This document shows, piece after piece, positions 39,153 through 53,698 of a stretch of DNA of 64,000 nucleotides. Under the pieces are notes generated by a model that saw only the letters and a program-made list of their open reading frames with translations, ran no database searches and was not told where the DNA came from. Position 1 is the first letter of the stretch; every line of letters begins with the position of its first letter. Source of the stretch: Vitrella brassicaformis CCMP3155 (Eukaryota > Protista > Chromerida). Made by a program: the position numbers and the translations under genes. The stretch covers positions 1 to 64,000 of the forward strand of contig CDMY01000334.1 in NCBI GenBank assembly GCA_001179505.1. The letters are read 5' to 3'.

Positions 39153-42100
39153 ATGGTGAGGTTTGCTGCCCCAACGAATCGCACCGGGCGTCCCAGACGC
39201 ACAGATGACAAGCAGAATCCCAGAAGGGGCAAGAGGAAAGACCCATCTCCCGGGAAAGACGTGGCTCCTCTCGTCGGCCTCGCGGCCGGTGCGTCTTGTA
39301 GACAGACAGACATACACACACACTATGACCACACAGTTACGGAGTCGTTTCAAATTGATTGGTTTGTGTGCGTGTAATGAGCGAGTAGATGTTGGCGGCA
39401 AGGACGGTGATCTTGCCTTGTTGGACAGCCTGGAGAGGGCCAAGAGGGAGGAGGACAGACGGACGGAGGAGATGCAGCTGCAGATGCAGATGCAGCAGAA
39501 GAAGGGCAAAGGCGAGATTGGCACACGGAGACATACACCTTTTATAGACAAAGAGATTCACTCATCGCATCGGTGTTGTGCGTACCTGCGATGCAGAGGG
39601 CGATGGCCGGAATGTGCATCTGCTGCATCCTGAAGTCGTCGGCCTCGTCAGCTCCCTGCCCAGACTCAAAGAGGTGCGCTGCACAAGCCAAGCAAAGGCC
39701 ATGGACAACACAGAGCCTGCCTGTGCATTTGGGCAGTACACGGCGTACGAGGCGCCGGCAGCCTCAGAGGTGCGAGAAATCAACGAGTTCCGGCTTACAC
39801 TGAGGGAGATGACGACCAGCGTGTCGTTGAGCATGGACATGTACCACTGGCTCAGATTCGGCAGACAGGTATCATCCATCCATGCCACTCACACACAGCA
39901 CAGGGGGAGGGTGAACGTCTATCGTATCCTTTTTTTTTAATGGGCGTTCAGGACTTTTACAACAGCGTGGTGGACATGAACGCCAACACGGGCACCGTGG
40001 CACAGGTAGATACATCGATGGGCGTCGTGCGTGCGTGCGTGCGTGTTTGCGGATTTGCTGATTGATGGAGGGATGGATGGACGAATGGTCGACTCGACTC
40101 GACTCGACTCGCGGCGACAGGCAGGCCCAGGAGCAATCTGTGTATGTGTGTGTGTCCCAGGCTTTGGACAATCTGTCTCAGTGGGTGTCGGCGTGCGACG
40201 AGGAAACCCCCGAAGGCATGGCGCCCCGGGTGGCCAACAAACTACACACGTTCAAGTCAAAGGAGGGCATCTGTGCCCGTGTCTCTCTCTCTCTCTCTCT
40301 CCCTCTGTGTGTGTGTGTGTGTGTGTGTGAACAACAGAGGGATGACTCGGCCGTCGATCATCTGCCGCCGGATGAGCTGACGGAGGGCACTCCGTCAGAG
40401 GCGGAGGACCCCACAGGTCACCCCCTCCCGACAGACACATGTACATCTGCCATCCACACGTGTATGTGTGATGTGTGATTTATACAGCAATGCCAGGGGG
40501 CGCTGCAGCGGTCAAGTCGCAGCTCGTGAAAGGTGCGTGGATACATGTGTGTGTGTGTGTGCGTCTACGTGCGAGTATGTGTCAGCCGAGCAGCGTCGCG
40601 CCTTCATCACGGACCGGCTTTATCGGCTGTGGCACGCCTACAACACACAGAGGGAGTACATTCAGAAGCTTATCGACGGGCAGCACCAGCCACAGGCATG
40701 GAACGGGTCAACCATGTCGCGTGTCTTTCGTACCACAGTGTGCTGTCGATCCATCCATCCATCCATCCGTCTCTCAATCAGGTGCCAGATGAGGCCGCGC
40801 CTCCCTCACCCCCCACCCCGCCCCAGATCTCGCCAGAAGTACACACGCCTCGATCTACAAACACACACATATGCCGAGACACATATAGACATACATGTTT
40901 TGCTCTTTTGTGTGGATGTGATGGCTGCAGCCGTCCCCCGGCTACCCCCACTCGGTGTCGCCGCGGCTCTCCCACCTGCAGCCCGAACAATTTGCCGACG
41001 ACCCATGTACACACATAGCATAGCATCCCCACCGCTTGCATTAAAGTCCACACGTGTGTGTGTGTGTGTTGGTCCGTCTCATGCATCTGATGCATCCGAT
41101 GCATTGCAGCTGACGAGTGGCAAATGCTGGATCCCTACTTGGCCATGAGCATGCAGGTGCAGCAGCAGCTGCAGCAGCTGCAGCACCAAGACAGCAGTAC
41201 CAGCACCACTCGGGCAGAGGCACCGGCGAGGAGAGACACCGCTGCCACTGCTACAGCTGTAGAGGCAGAAGGGGAGGAGGGCAGTGAAAACGGTCGGTGC
41301 CCACCTAAAGGTCTGCAGACGTGTGTGTACACGTACGTACGTACGTGTGTGTGTGTGCAGGTACCTCTCGGCCGGCCCCGGTGAGTGCTACGCGGAGGCG
41401 GTCGACGGCTATTGCCGCGTGGGCGGAGATCCTCGACAAGGAGGTGTGTGTGCGTGAGTGTGTGCGTATGCCTTTAATGGGCTGATGTCCTTATTGTGTG
41501 CGTGTGTCCCATGCCTGCAGCGCGCGGCGGTGTTTAAAGTTCGGTCAACAGCACTGGGGCTGAGCAACAAGGTCAGTGACTGAGTGTTAGAATGTCTGGA
41601 TACGGCTCTCTATCTCTATCTCTCTCTCATTTATCATATGTGTGTGTGTGTCCTGTGTTAGCATAGGAGTCTGCGCGAGCGCTTTGACGAGCTCAAGCCG
41701 AGTCTCGCCGACGCATACCAGCAGATGACCGTACACACACACGCCCATGGCATACTCACAGAGACAGACACAACTTCATGACCTGGTTTTAAGTGGATGA
41801 GCCTATATATTTAATATGGACAGAACTTTCTTTCTGTCTGTGCGTGCGTGCGTTCAGAACATTGTCAAGAGCCAGGAAGTCATCACGCAGAAGGAACTGA
41901 AGAGGCGACGTACGCGTGTAGTCAGCACAGCGAACAAAGGGCAGAGAGACGTGTGCTGTGTCTGTGCGCTGTGTGTGTGTGTCTGTGTGTGCAGGGGATC
42001 AGATCATCCGTCAGGGATTGGAGGATGCGTGGATGAAGAGACGCCGCCTCTACAACGAGAGAGAGAAATGCACACACACGATACAGGCAAGCGCGTGCCG

Positions 42101-43568
42101 TCCACTTCTTTTCCATGGCAGACAGACAGATGGATAGCTGGACAGCGGGATCCACACCCACACCCACAGCCACACGCACATCGGCGGACACCTTTGTGTA
42201 TGTGGGTGTGTGCAGCGGTATCGGCAGGGCAAGGCCGACTTGGTGGGCCTCCGGGCGAAGAAGAAAGAAATCCTGCAGGCAAGCAGTCGCGCCTATGCTT
42301 CCTCCACTGCGTGTATGTGTGTACGGTACGGTACGGCCCATCCCCTTCTGTATATGTCTGTCTGCGTGTGCACACAGGAGATCGACAGGCAGGACGGCGT
42401 GCAATCGACGGTCGACGACACACTCGCCAAGATCGCCCGCATACGGCAGCAGCTCCTGGTAAACCGGTTGATGCACACCCACCCACACAATACACTACAC
42501 AACCGCACACCCACACAGATATGCGCGTGTCTGTGTGCCACATATATGATGGCTGCTATCCATCCGTCCACCCATCCTTCGTCGACTTAATCAGCGGTGT
42601 TCGGAGGAGCTGGGTGGGTACGGCTATGTGGTCCGTGTGGACCCCTCCACAATGAGGCTCAACCACAACTTCGACGAAAGGTGCAATACACACCACACAC
42701 ACGACTCGCAGCACGTCTGTTGTGATGTGTTGCGATGTGTGCACAGGCCGCTGCATGAGATGGTCGATCGCTATCTGCAGAAGCACCCAGACGTCCTCAC
42801 GCAGGAACCCTCACACACAGGTCCGTATGCCGCTCAGCACACGAGGGTGGGTCGACGACACACATGGCTGGCGCACGGCACATGAATGAATGGCAGAGAG
42901 TGACGAGGACTCGGGCAGCAGCTCGTCTGCGAGCGGCGACCAGCAGCAGGGCACCGATGAAGACGGGCAGACAACAAAGGAACACAAAGTGAGTGAATGA
43001 GCCTGTCGGCCGTACACATGCACGAGATGGATGCATGTGTGTGTGTGTGTGTGTGTGTGTACACAGGAGAGGCGTCACAAGCGTGGCCGCGGGCAGAAGG
43101 GCGACGACAAAGACGGAGAGAGCACAGACACCATTGCCGGCGTGAGCAGATAGATATATCATAGACCTCAAACACACACACACACACACGCACTCCCTGG
43201 TGTGCTGGTTGGTGCCTCTGCTTTCCCTCTGTGTGTGTGTGTGTGTGTGATTGTGCGTGCTGTACGTTGCGACTGACAGTATTATGTGTCCGTGCTGACC
43301 GATCTCATGTCGGCCTCATCAGCCGCCACCGCCCCTCTGACGGCGACGCTCATCGAGGCCTCTGACTTCAGAAACCTCAAAAGATGCCTCGTGAGCAAAA
43401 GCAGAGCAGAGCAGAGCAAACCCATATCTCTATGTGTATGTTCAGCAATTGCTGCTGCTGGGGCGGCCGTCTGTCCAGCCGTCCGCAGAGGGCACCACGG
43501 CCATCAAGCGGATGCCACAGTTCTACAAGACACAGTCAGCAATCTTCGGACACATCCACACACACGAG

Positions 43569-43602
<34 letters not shown>

Positions 43603-46600
43603 GAGAGAGACCCAGCACACGTGTTCTGCAGGAATTTCGGCCATCTCGTTGGTGTCATTGCAAAATCTCTCGATGTTTGGGTGAGTGGATAGATGGTGCT
43701 GTTCGTTCGTTGGTTCGTCTCTGCATGGGGGTTGTGTCTCGGGCGAATGTCGTCACAGGTGGGCAAGATCGACCTCTGTGACACATACTTTTTCGCCAGC
43801 ACAATGGGCGGCGCCGTGAGCGGCTGGAAGCACACGCTTCACAAGAAGATTGAGCTACTCAGGTGTGGTGTGGCCTCTCAATTCCGTCCATTCCTCCTTC
43901 CACTGGTTGGTTGCAGCGAGATGAAGGAGTCTCTCGTCGAGGCCAACAGGCGGATTGTGTTCATGCAGCGGAGGGTGGACAAAATACTGGTGGGTGCGCC
44001 TATTCGTCAGTGTGTGTCCGTGCGTCCATGTGGATTTGTGTGTCGATGTATGTATGTGTCATGTTCTTAGGAGAAGCGCATCCGCACACCGGTTCAGCGC
44101 GAGAGGGCGGCCGAAGTGCAGACCATCAAGAACAACGTCATCAAGGCGAGCATTTGATGCATCCATACGTGCACGCCAGCAACACACGCATATGCCCGGT
44201 CTCTCTTTCTCTCTTTTGCGCGTGCGTGCGTCCGTACAGCCATTGATGTCTCTGCACCGAGACCGCTTTGTCACCCTCGTGGACGCCGTGCAGCAGCTGC
44301 AGGCAGCCACACACACGACACACAACACACACACACACACATACAATGCCACGCACGCATTGATGCAGGCTCTGTATGATTTGTGGCATGGCTTCGGAGT
44401 CGTCAATGAAGTGGTGGAGCGGGTCAGTCACACACACTCTCACATCGATCCATAAATGTAATCATCCCCTCGTGTGCAGGCGCATGCGTCGTACGGCACG
44501 GCGAGTGGCGGGCTCTGCAGATGGGCGTTCGAAAATGAGGGCGCCGAGGTGAAGCCACACAACACACAAAAGCACGTGATCTTTGTGGCGCGATGATGCT
44601 TACGGCATCCATCGGATGCACTCATACATGTATCAGGGCGGCGTATTCTACCTGACACACAGAGAGATCCTCGTGCTCAAGAATGTGGTCGGTAGTCTCA
44701 CATGCACGACAGAGTGGGACAAGACTTGTCTAGAAGCAGCACACACATATGTGAATGTATCTGTGCGTGTGTCGTGTGTTTAAGGGTTTGGACATGACGG
44801 CTCAGATCATCCGCAGCACGCGAGACATCACCGGCAGAAAAGACGACGACGGCACCCTCGGCGACATCCATGAAATCGCCGAGTGAGTAAGCAACAACCC
44901 ATCCTCACACATGCACACAGATGTCTCGCCATGTTGAGGATGCACGTGTTGACCGAATGTATGTATGTATGTCAGCCTGCTGGCTTCCGTGCCGGCGGTG
45001 CATGTGCCTGAGGAGCTCACGGCTGAGGAAAGAAGGAGACGCAGCGAAGGTCAGTCGGTCAGTCAGTCAGTCAGGGGAGTCACTCAGACACCCGCATGTA
45101 CATGTGTGCGATTAACGAACAGAGCGTGTGCATCGGCTGACGATGCGCCAGCTGCGGATGGAAAGAATCAGAGCCAGGCAGCTCAAGCAAAGGTCAACAT
45201 ACACACCACCACACAGGATATGCGACAGACACACATGTACATATGCATGGATGTGTGCAGGCTGTTGACGGTCGAGCGTGTGTGGCTGCTGAGCCACCAC
45301 TGGCACGTCGAGGTCAGCAAACCCAGAAACAACCGCCACATTTCCATCGATGGATGCGTGTGTGTGTGTGCGAGCGTGTGTGTGTGTAGGGAAAGGCCCG
45401 TCTGGTGCATTTGCTGCATGACGAGAGTGACTACAATCGCACCGCTGAAATCACCGAGGAGGAGGCCATGCACGTACGCATACACTCCTCCCCCACACAA
45501 CGCACACAGATGTGGACACATCAACTCAACAGCCTGGCTTCCTGGCTGCATATGTACAGGTGAAAGATCTGGAGTACCTCAGCATCATACTCGAAGGCAC
45601 CCGAACAGCAGAGGCTCAGCTGTACGTGTGTACAGCATCACCCTCTCTCTCATCCTTTCTCACAAACAACCATACGTGTGCGTTGTTGTGCATCTGTGGC
45701 TCAGATATCCATCCACTTCTGAGCCCTCCGCGTCCACTCTCCTGGACCACCAAGCGTCATCCCTCAGGAAAATGTGCCACTTCTGGCACGTGGCAAACGG
45801 ATGTAAGTTACCCTCTCCTCTCTCGTCCCCCCAATGTCACGCACACTGTCACATTGTCACATCCGTCAGGCAAGCGCGTGCTGCACACCTCGCGGCCCCC
45901 GCGGATATCGACTCACAAGCATTCGCTGGACCCGTTCGTGTTCGCATATCGTCTGTTTGGTCTCGACGAGCGACGGGAGCGGGGCAAGAAGAGCGTGCTG
46001 CTCAAGGGTGATGAGGAGAGGATCGATAGGGCCATGGAACGCATCAAGGTACACGGCGATGCAGACGGCTGGTTCTCATTCGTTGTCTGTCTGCATGTAT
46101 GTTTCTGTTTTTCGTCTGCTTGTGTTGCAGCCGAAGCTGAGGGACCTCAGTGACTGGCAGGAAGTGCTGAGGAAGGTACGCGAGAAGGAAGCTCACAGAC
46201 AGACAGACAGACAGACGGTCTGTCAGCACAATATATGCATGTCTGCAGGAGCATCATTTCCTGAGTGAGGCGCTGACAGCCGAGGAGCTTGCAGCCTTCT
46301 ACGACATGAACGTCGACATGCCTGGTCAGTCGGTCTGCCGGTCGGTGTGTGATGTGACCATGAGCATGCACGAGCACACACCAACATACACACACAAACA
46401 TGTGTCTCCCCACGTGCAGACTACTCTCTCCCCGTGGACCAGACCTCCCCTTCCCGCTCACCGTCGCGCGCGGCGTCCTCCGCCCCACACGAACCACTGC
46501 TAGTCGACGATGACGGACGAAGTGAGTAGTGAGAGATGCGATGCAGCTTACAGAAAAACAAGGAGCGAGCGACGGAGGGATAGGATTTCGTGACGATCCA

Positions 46601-49600
46601 CTCCCTTTATCTCTTCTCCTGCCCTCTCTGTGGTTTGGCCAGGTCTGTCGAGCGACGATGACACCATTATTCGACCTAGAGGGGAAGACCGCAGCTCTGA
46701 GGCATCCTCGCCCCCTGACGAGTCGGTCTCATCCGTGCCCACTGACACCGAAGAGGAAAGCGAGCGCGACGATCGGAAGCAGAAACAGCCACAGAAGGCC
46801 GCGGGGCCTGTGTCAACAGGCTATGGCCTGGCCTTCGATTGGGACAAAAGGCGTGATGACGAGCACGCAATGGAGGAGGAGACAGGAGAAGAGATCGAGC
46901 CAATGGAGGTCACACAAACAGAGGGAGAGAGAAAAAAAGAGTTGTGCGCGACACCGTCCTTTCGTGCAGGCCCCGATCTCCCCCCCATCTTACCCCAACT
47001 ACTACACGAAGCGTCGCGACGCCGTCCTCATCACAGAGAGGCCGGTCTTCAGGCAGACGGCAAAGGAGAAACTTTCCCCAAAAAAAGGATCGCCGGGCAA
47101 GAAGGAAGTGTACGCGTGAAAAGAAGAGATGGGGCAGGTGGTTGATTCGTCTGTATGTATGAATGTATGTATGTATGTATGTCTGCCGTCGATGACTCAG
47201 TGAGATCCGCGATCGCCCGTGGCACGTGACGAGCGGCCTCTCTCGGCTTCGAGCGCACCACGGTGTGCCCAGCCCACCGAAGGCACAGAGGAAGGACCAA
47301 CGGGCGCTCTCCAGCCCCGCACAAGTACCGATTGACACGAGACCAGACACGCACGCATCAGCCTGCAATCGAGACACCCCCTCCCTGCATCTCTGTGTGC
47401 TGCAGGTATATCAGCACCGCCGCGAGCACAAACGCATGGAAGAGCGAAGAAAACGAAGACCCTCCTACGGCGTCGTGCCAGAGGTGGACAGGCAGACAGA
47501 CAGACAGAGACACCACAGCCCCTTCCTCTTTTTTTTCTCTGTTTGTCTCTCTGTTTGTCTTTGCATACGTGCTGCGTCAACCAATGCTGGCAGATTCAGA
47601 AAGATGAGGCTGCCAAGAAGGATCGTTCTTCCCTTTGGGGTGGGAGGGGCGGTGGTCCGGTCACAGCTGCAGCAGCAGGAGCATCACCACTAGTGAGTTA
47701 CGACCGGCGGCTGACTGTGGAGGAGGGTGAGATCGACGAGGCCCTCCACGATATGATCGAGTACCAGCTGGCCGAGGATGAGGCAGAGGAGCAAGAGGAT
47801 TACAGTGACCAAGAGTAAGCCAAGAGAGTCCATGCAGGGGGCCTGGTAGCGCGGCCAGGCCAATATAGGTTGTCAGCCTCTCTCACTCTCTCGGTGTGTG
47901 TGGGACGTTTTATGTCAGAGGCGAGGGCGCATACGAATCTCAGGGTAACTACTTTGTTCAATGCACCCACCGACCCGCCACACTAAGTGTGTCTTTGTCC
48001 GTCTGTGATCCTGCTCTCTCTCTCTCTCTCTGTCTCTAGCCGGCCAGATCTACTCGCGCAGGAAACTGCCGCCGCCAGGAGCATCCCCACCCACCAAACC
48101 ACGCGGCCACCAGCGGAGAGCGGCACAGCGACAATCAAGGAGGCCACATGAACAACAAGCCCCAGGAGAGCAACCAGAGGAGTACACTGACGAATACGAG
48201 GAAGAGGCATCCCCTTCTTCCCAACAGCAGTCTTCCGAACAGCAGGGCCAGACACGAAGATCACCCAGGCGGGACCAATGGAGAGTCACGGAAAGTGGTG
48301 TGGGTGTCGGTGCGTTGATGCCGTCACCCAAGAGGCCGAGAAGGGTTGCAGGGACGCCCAGGGACGAGGAGGGAGCTGAGGAGCAAGACAGCTGGGAGAA
48401 AGAAGATGAAAGCGAAGAGGGCGGGGCTGAGGGGGAAAGTGACCAGCGGAGGTAAGTGAGTAAGTCAGTGGAGTCTGTCGTTGTCTTACCTTCTATATAC
48501 ATCCATGTCTCTCTCTCTGTCTCTCTCTCTGTCTCTCTCTCTTTGTCTCTCTCTGTTGTGTGCGTGTTTGTATAGGGGGCCAGAGGGGGAGGGAGCTGAG
48601 CCGTCCGTTCCTCGGTTGCGTGTGCTGCCTGCTGCCGAAACCGTCCCAGCAGGTGATGAACCCGTAGTAGATGCATACACCATACATCACATGCAGCGAC
48701 ACAGCAACACAGCCGTGTGCCTGTGTTCTCTGTATGCCTGCCTGCCTGCAGCCTTCCCAGCAGACCTTCCTTCGTTCTTGCGGTCTGCCGAGGTGCGTGA
48801 GGACGACACTGCCGAGGCGCAGTGGATGAGAATGATGGCCGCAATGGGCATCGACGTCACAACCGTACGCTGACACACACACACACCAACCAATATCCCC
48901 TTTCCCGAACACACATGCAGATGGAAGATCAAGGAGAGGGAGTTGGGGCGGGTGAGGAAGAGGATTTAGCTGGTGATGCTGAGCGTGCCAAGACCTCGCC
49001 CGCCGTGCCGTACGTGCCAACCAATGGGGAGAGGGACAAGGGCAAGGCCTCGGGTATGGCCACCAAGCTGCTCGAGTTCTCGACACGTCAAGCGGGAGAT
49101 GACGACGCCTCACGTGACGCGGCGCGGGACAGAAAGCTGCTACTACTGCGGTAACCAGACTCGCACCCATCTATACACATACATGTGTTGTCGGCCACAT
49201 ATCAATCATATGATTCGGCGATCAGGCGGCGAAAGGCTCGGTTGGCGGAGATGCGGCTGATAGAGAAGGGCGAGATCGACCCGACGGCAGAGAAGCTCGG
49301 TGAGGACCTGCTAACCACCAAGGCACTCATGGACGCAGCAGCCGCGGCAGCGGCAGCATCCCACGCCCCCTCTGAGCGGCCGAAGACAGAGATGGCATCA
49401 CACCATCTTCAACGGCACAGAAGAAGGGCACGGATAGCGCAGCGAGACAGAAAGGACCGAAAGCCGGTCGCTGCAGATAAGGATGACGGAGGGGAAGAAG
49501 AGCCCCGGTTCCCGGCTCCGCAGGCGTTTCCATTTCCCCCCTCGCCGAAGCAGTCGCCAAAGCAAACCAAACCAGGCAGACTTCCAGTCGAGCCCACTTC

Positions 49601-51516
49601 CCTACCGCCAATTGACCAGCAGCAGCAGGAAGGAGAGGGAGAGGGAGAGGGAGCGGAAGAAGAGGCGGATGCGATTGACTGGCTGAGTGTGCCTGGCAGA
49701 GGGCCCACAAGGGCGATTCGCAAGCAGACGGCAACGCCCAAGCGGACTTCGCCCGCTATGTCTGACGGGCTCACCCCCTCGCCCCGTTCGTCATCCGCTG
49801 CGCTGCCCTACGTGCAGCCGGTGGATTTGCGTGGGCAGCAGGAGGGCATCATCGTGCCCTGCACAGAGGAGGAAGAGGATGAACAAAAACGAGACACCAG
49901 ATACACGTACAGTCAGCCAGCCAGCTAATATACCATACCCCCGCATACTATGATGCACAGAGGCCCTATGGTATGCAGGATGCATGGGCAAGGCGAGCAC
50001 GAGGAGGCCGAGCAAAAGGCCGACGAGACCATGCAGGACGAGAATGAGAGGAGGTCCCCCGTCACTTTGGCTGAGCAGGCGGTCACCAGCCAGAAGCGGC
50101 ACTTTCAGCAGCAGCAGCAGCAGCAGCGGCAGATCCAGAGGGAGAGGGACAGCAGAGTGAGACGTGACATGACCGCCGCCGCCATCGCCAGTGCTGCAGA
50201 GAGGGGAGGGGGGAGGAGCGGCGTGTGGGTCAAGACGCAGGAGTTTGACGAGTCTGGGCTGCCCGTCTTGCTGCCATCCATACCCACCACACGCATCACC
50301 GAAGGCCTCAGGAAAGTCAGTCAGCCAGGGAATGGGTGGTCCCACGCACATACATGCCTCCAACACACATGCACCCGCACAAAGATTGACACACGGACGG
50401 ATGGGAGAGAGTAAGAATGTGTGTGGAAATATGTCAGACCCACGAGGGCGAATCGACGAGCAGAACGGACCGGTCATCGCCATCACGAAGGCCACCCAGC
50501 CGCCCCAGCCCCTCCAAGCAGCTGCAGCAGCAGATACCGCTGCCGCCCTCCCCGCCTTCCCTACAAGACGCCGCCATGCTCATGATGCGCGCCGCCCTAT
50601 CGCCAGCCGACAACTTCCGTCATATGAGGGAAGAACTCAGAGAGAGACAACACGTACGCTGAGCACACGACCGTCGTCCATACGTGATGTGTCTGGGCAT
50701 CCATCCATTCAGAGTTTTGAGTCGTCGGAGCAACAGAGAGAGGAGGAGATGGCTGCTGCCGCCGAGCAGTCGCCGATGTATGAGGGCAGCCTCTCGGGAT
50801 CATCCATTGACTTGGGCAGAGACGAAGACCAGCCGGCCGACCTGGAACGGCCTCTGGCTGCCGAAAGGCTCATTGCAGCTCTGAAAAGGTAAAGACAAAA
50901 TGACAGACGCACAAGCGGGCGTCCGCGCACCCCTTCTGCGCTGTGTGTATTGATTGCAGCCCCTGGACAATGACTGTGAGTTCGCCCGACACCCTCGTCA
51001 GCTCCAACGGCATCACGTCGATGATGCCGTCACCGCCACAACACCATTATCCCACCGACCAAACAATGAAGATGATGGCTTCTCCTGAAGCCGACATTGG
51101 CAGCACCGGCGCGCCCGCTCGGACCTCATCCGGCAGGATGGGCATGCTGGCACAGGTCCTCATGGCCGATGCATCAAAGGCCGCACTCAAAAGGTAGGTA
51201 TGCAATGTCTTCGTGCGTGTCTCCCATCCATACAGACAAGGTGCATCCACGCATCTGTGCGTGTGTGTGTGTGTATCTTGCGGCGTGCAGGAGGATGCAC
51301 CGCATGCGAGACATCAGCGCACTGGCGCCCATTAGGAAGGGGAGAGGGCCGCCGGGGGTCATTTCGTCGGTGGGGCTGTTGGGGCAGCCGAGTGGCGGCG
51401 GCGAGAATGGAATGCAGGGCATCAGCAGGGTGTCGCATCTGAAGAGAGATGGCAACATACTCAGCACGACTTCAGGCAGGATGGACAAGCCGCACAAGAA
51501 GCGGGCGATGCTTTGA
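39153..51516 (+). CDS. Very large multi-exon hypothetical protein (helical N-half, acidic low-complexity C-half). May be two genes split near 47820-48040.
   Basis: More than 30 GC3-rich exons with canonical GT-AG microsatellite introns, e.g. EINEFRLTLREMTTSVSLSMDMYHWLRFG, HRSLRERFDELKPSLADAYQQM, EMKESLVEANRRIVFMQRRVDKIL, FVFAYRLFGLDERRERG. No family recognised. Confidence 0.6.
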
Positions 51517-52031
51517 TTGCATGATGCTGCCTTCAAGCTGGCTGGATGTTTTCGTGCATGACATCCACCCTCACACACGTGGCGTGAATCAATGGCTGAA
51601 CCACTGACTTGTGTGTGCGTGCGTGTGTGTGTGGAGAGATGGGGCAGTCCCCCTCGATCCCGCTTCTCTCTCTGCCCTCTTTCTCGTTTGTCTGCGGGAG
51701 TGGGTATGGGTCTGTGCTGTGCTGTGCTTCCAGGGGCTGTCGATATCTCCGTGGATGAGCTGCGTGGTGTGTCGTCGTGTCCGGTCTGTGCGTCGTGCGG
51801 ACGTATCCTTTGCCTGCCTGCCTGCCTGCCTGCCTGCCATCTCGCGGCATCAATCAATCCTGATGCGACATGCATTTCAATGTCGACGACGAACTCACAC
51901 ACAGACGCACACGACAGCGAGACAGTCGCCTCACGCAAGCGACAAATATATACACACCAGTGATGGACGTACAAAGCAAGCAAACAGGCCATAGCCAAAG
52001 CAACTGCTCGTCGAGTACGCGACCTACGCCC

Positions 52032-53577
52032 CTATCCTATCTCTGTCTGTCGCCCCCCCGCCCCCCCACGACACAGATCTCTGCACATGAGCATGGCCGG
52101 ACAGCTGCTCTGCCCCGCGTACGAGAGGATCATTGTCCTTCGGGCATCCTTGTGGATACCTGCAAAGTGCGCTATGAACTCGCTCCCCTCAGCCACAGTC
52201 CCCTTTTTGGCTCCATCTGTGGTGCTCAAGGCCTCTCCCCCACAGCTCGTGTCGTTGGCCGCCTTTGTGCCTTTCACACAAAGCGGCCGAGGGGATCTCT
52301 GCACACTCATGGTCTGCAGGCCGCCGTCCGGTAGGAGGGCCACCCGGTAGTCGCTGGGAATGGCTGAGGCTCCGTTGCTGAAGGAGAGCGCGCACTCACA
52401 GTCGACGGGCAGGCTCCAGTTCGGTTCCTTCCACTTGCGTCGAAGGCTTTGGAGGCGGTGGTTGGGGAGGATGGCCACCTCGTTGGCAACCAGAGGGTCG
52501 ACCAGCTTCATGCACTCGTCGCCGGCGCACTTCTTCATGCACCGCTTGAAGCGCCGCCGACACTTGCGCCTCTGCTCGTGTGGGAGAAGCCGCCAGTTGA
52601 GCGAGATTTGCTCGCCGGGCATCGCGCCCTTGTACGCCGGCTGGGGCGGCCCAATGGCTTCGTCTTTGATCACTTCCAGCGTGCCCTCCAGGACCTCACG
52701 AGTGAAGTTGCTACGCGACCACACCATCACCCCTAAACGAACCAACACACCGAGAGAGAGAGAGAGAGAGAGAGAAGCACCGGCAGACTCATGAACGAAA
52801 GAAAGAGAATGAGACGATTTGTGTGTGGTCGACCCATGACCTTCGCACCAGAGTTGAAGAGGAATGGGCTGATGTCCGACGCAAGGAGGGCTTTCTTGTC
52901 GGGGAACTCCTCGATGAAGTGGTGAATGGGCTGGCTGCAGTTGACAAAGATGGTGTCAGCGTCGGCCCACACGACGTAGTCGATGGGCACCTCATTGGGG
53001 CTGGCCGTAAAATTCATGAGTTCAAGCATCAGCTCCAGCTTCGCCCGGTAAGCCCCCTTCGGGCCCGGCGGCGCGCTCTCCTGAAACAAGGTGATGCTCC
53101 GATACCCGTGGATGCTGGAGTACCTGAGGGCCGGCCGACCATCCAGCAGGCGCCAGACACACAATCAGACACATACCAATCAATCGACCAGCATCAGTGA
53201 TAGTTGGCCTCCCTCTGTTTCTCTTTATTTTGCGCACATTCTGTGGTTCTCAAAGGCAGCCTCGAGCCACTCTGCCTTATGGCCAAAGGCAGCGGTGAGG
53301 ATGACCAGTCGCGATGAAGGCCACGTGGGAGGCGGCGGGGGAGCTTCGAAAATGAACCGGCGTCGGAAGGCTTGCAGCACCAGGCCAAGGTGGGGTCGGA
53401 GGTGCCAGTGAAACACTGCCAACGGGGAGACAGTCGCAGACACACAGACACAGGCGGTGACAGCCCTTTCCTCTCTGCTCTGCCACATGCCCGTCCGTGC
53501 CTACCGGCGCCGCCATAGAGCAGGACGGTGACGAAGAAGAATGCTTGGGCGCCTGTGATCAACAGAAGCTGCACCAT
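52032..53577 (-). CDS. Type II membrane glycosyltransferase, GT34 (galactosyl transferase GMA12/MNN10-like)
   Basis: N-terminal TM segment MVQLLLITGAQAFFFVTVLLYGG; YSSIHGY; YRAKLELMLE; DYVVWADADTIFVN (DxD); FLFNSG|VMVW; EQISL; EFIAHFAG. The 3' end is approximate. Confidence 0.75.
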
Positions 53578-53698
53578 CGGGCATCGCCTCAAAATTTACT
53601 TCCGTACAACCCCTTGTAAATGTAAATGCCGAGACACATCAGATGCGCGGGGCATGTCATCAGGCCACACACGGCATCATGCAAGGCAGCAGAGGAAC

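Noticed and set aside
38838-39551. Minus-strand ORF with ..KNRRYDICIP.. resembling a restriction-like endonuclease motif of non-LTR elements
   Set aside because: No CCHC finger or RT nearby. It overlaps the divergent promoter and first exons of the large + strand gene, so it is likely an antisense shadow.
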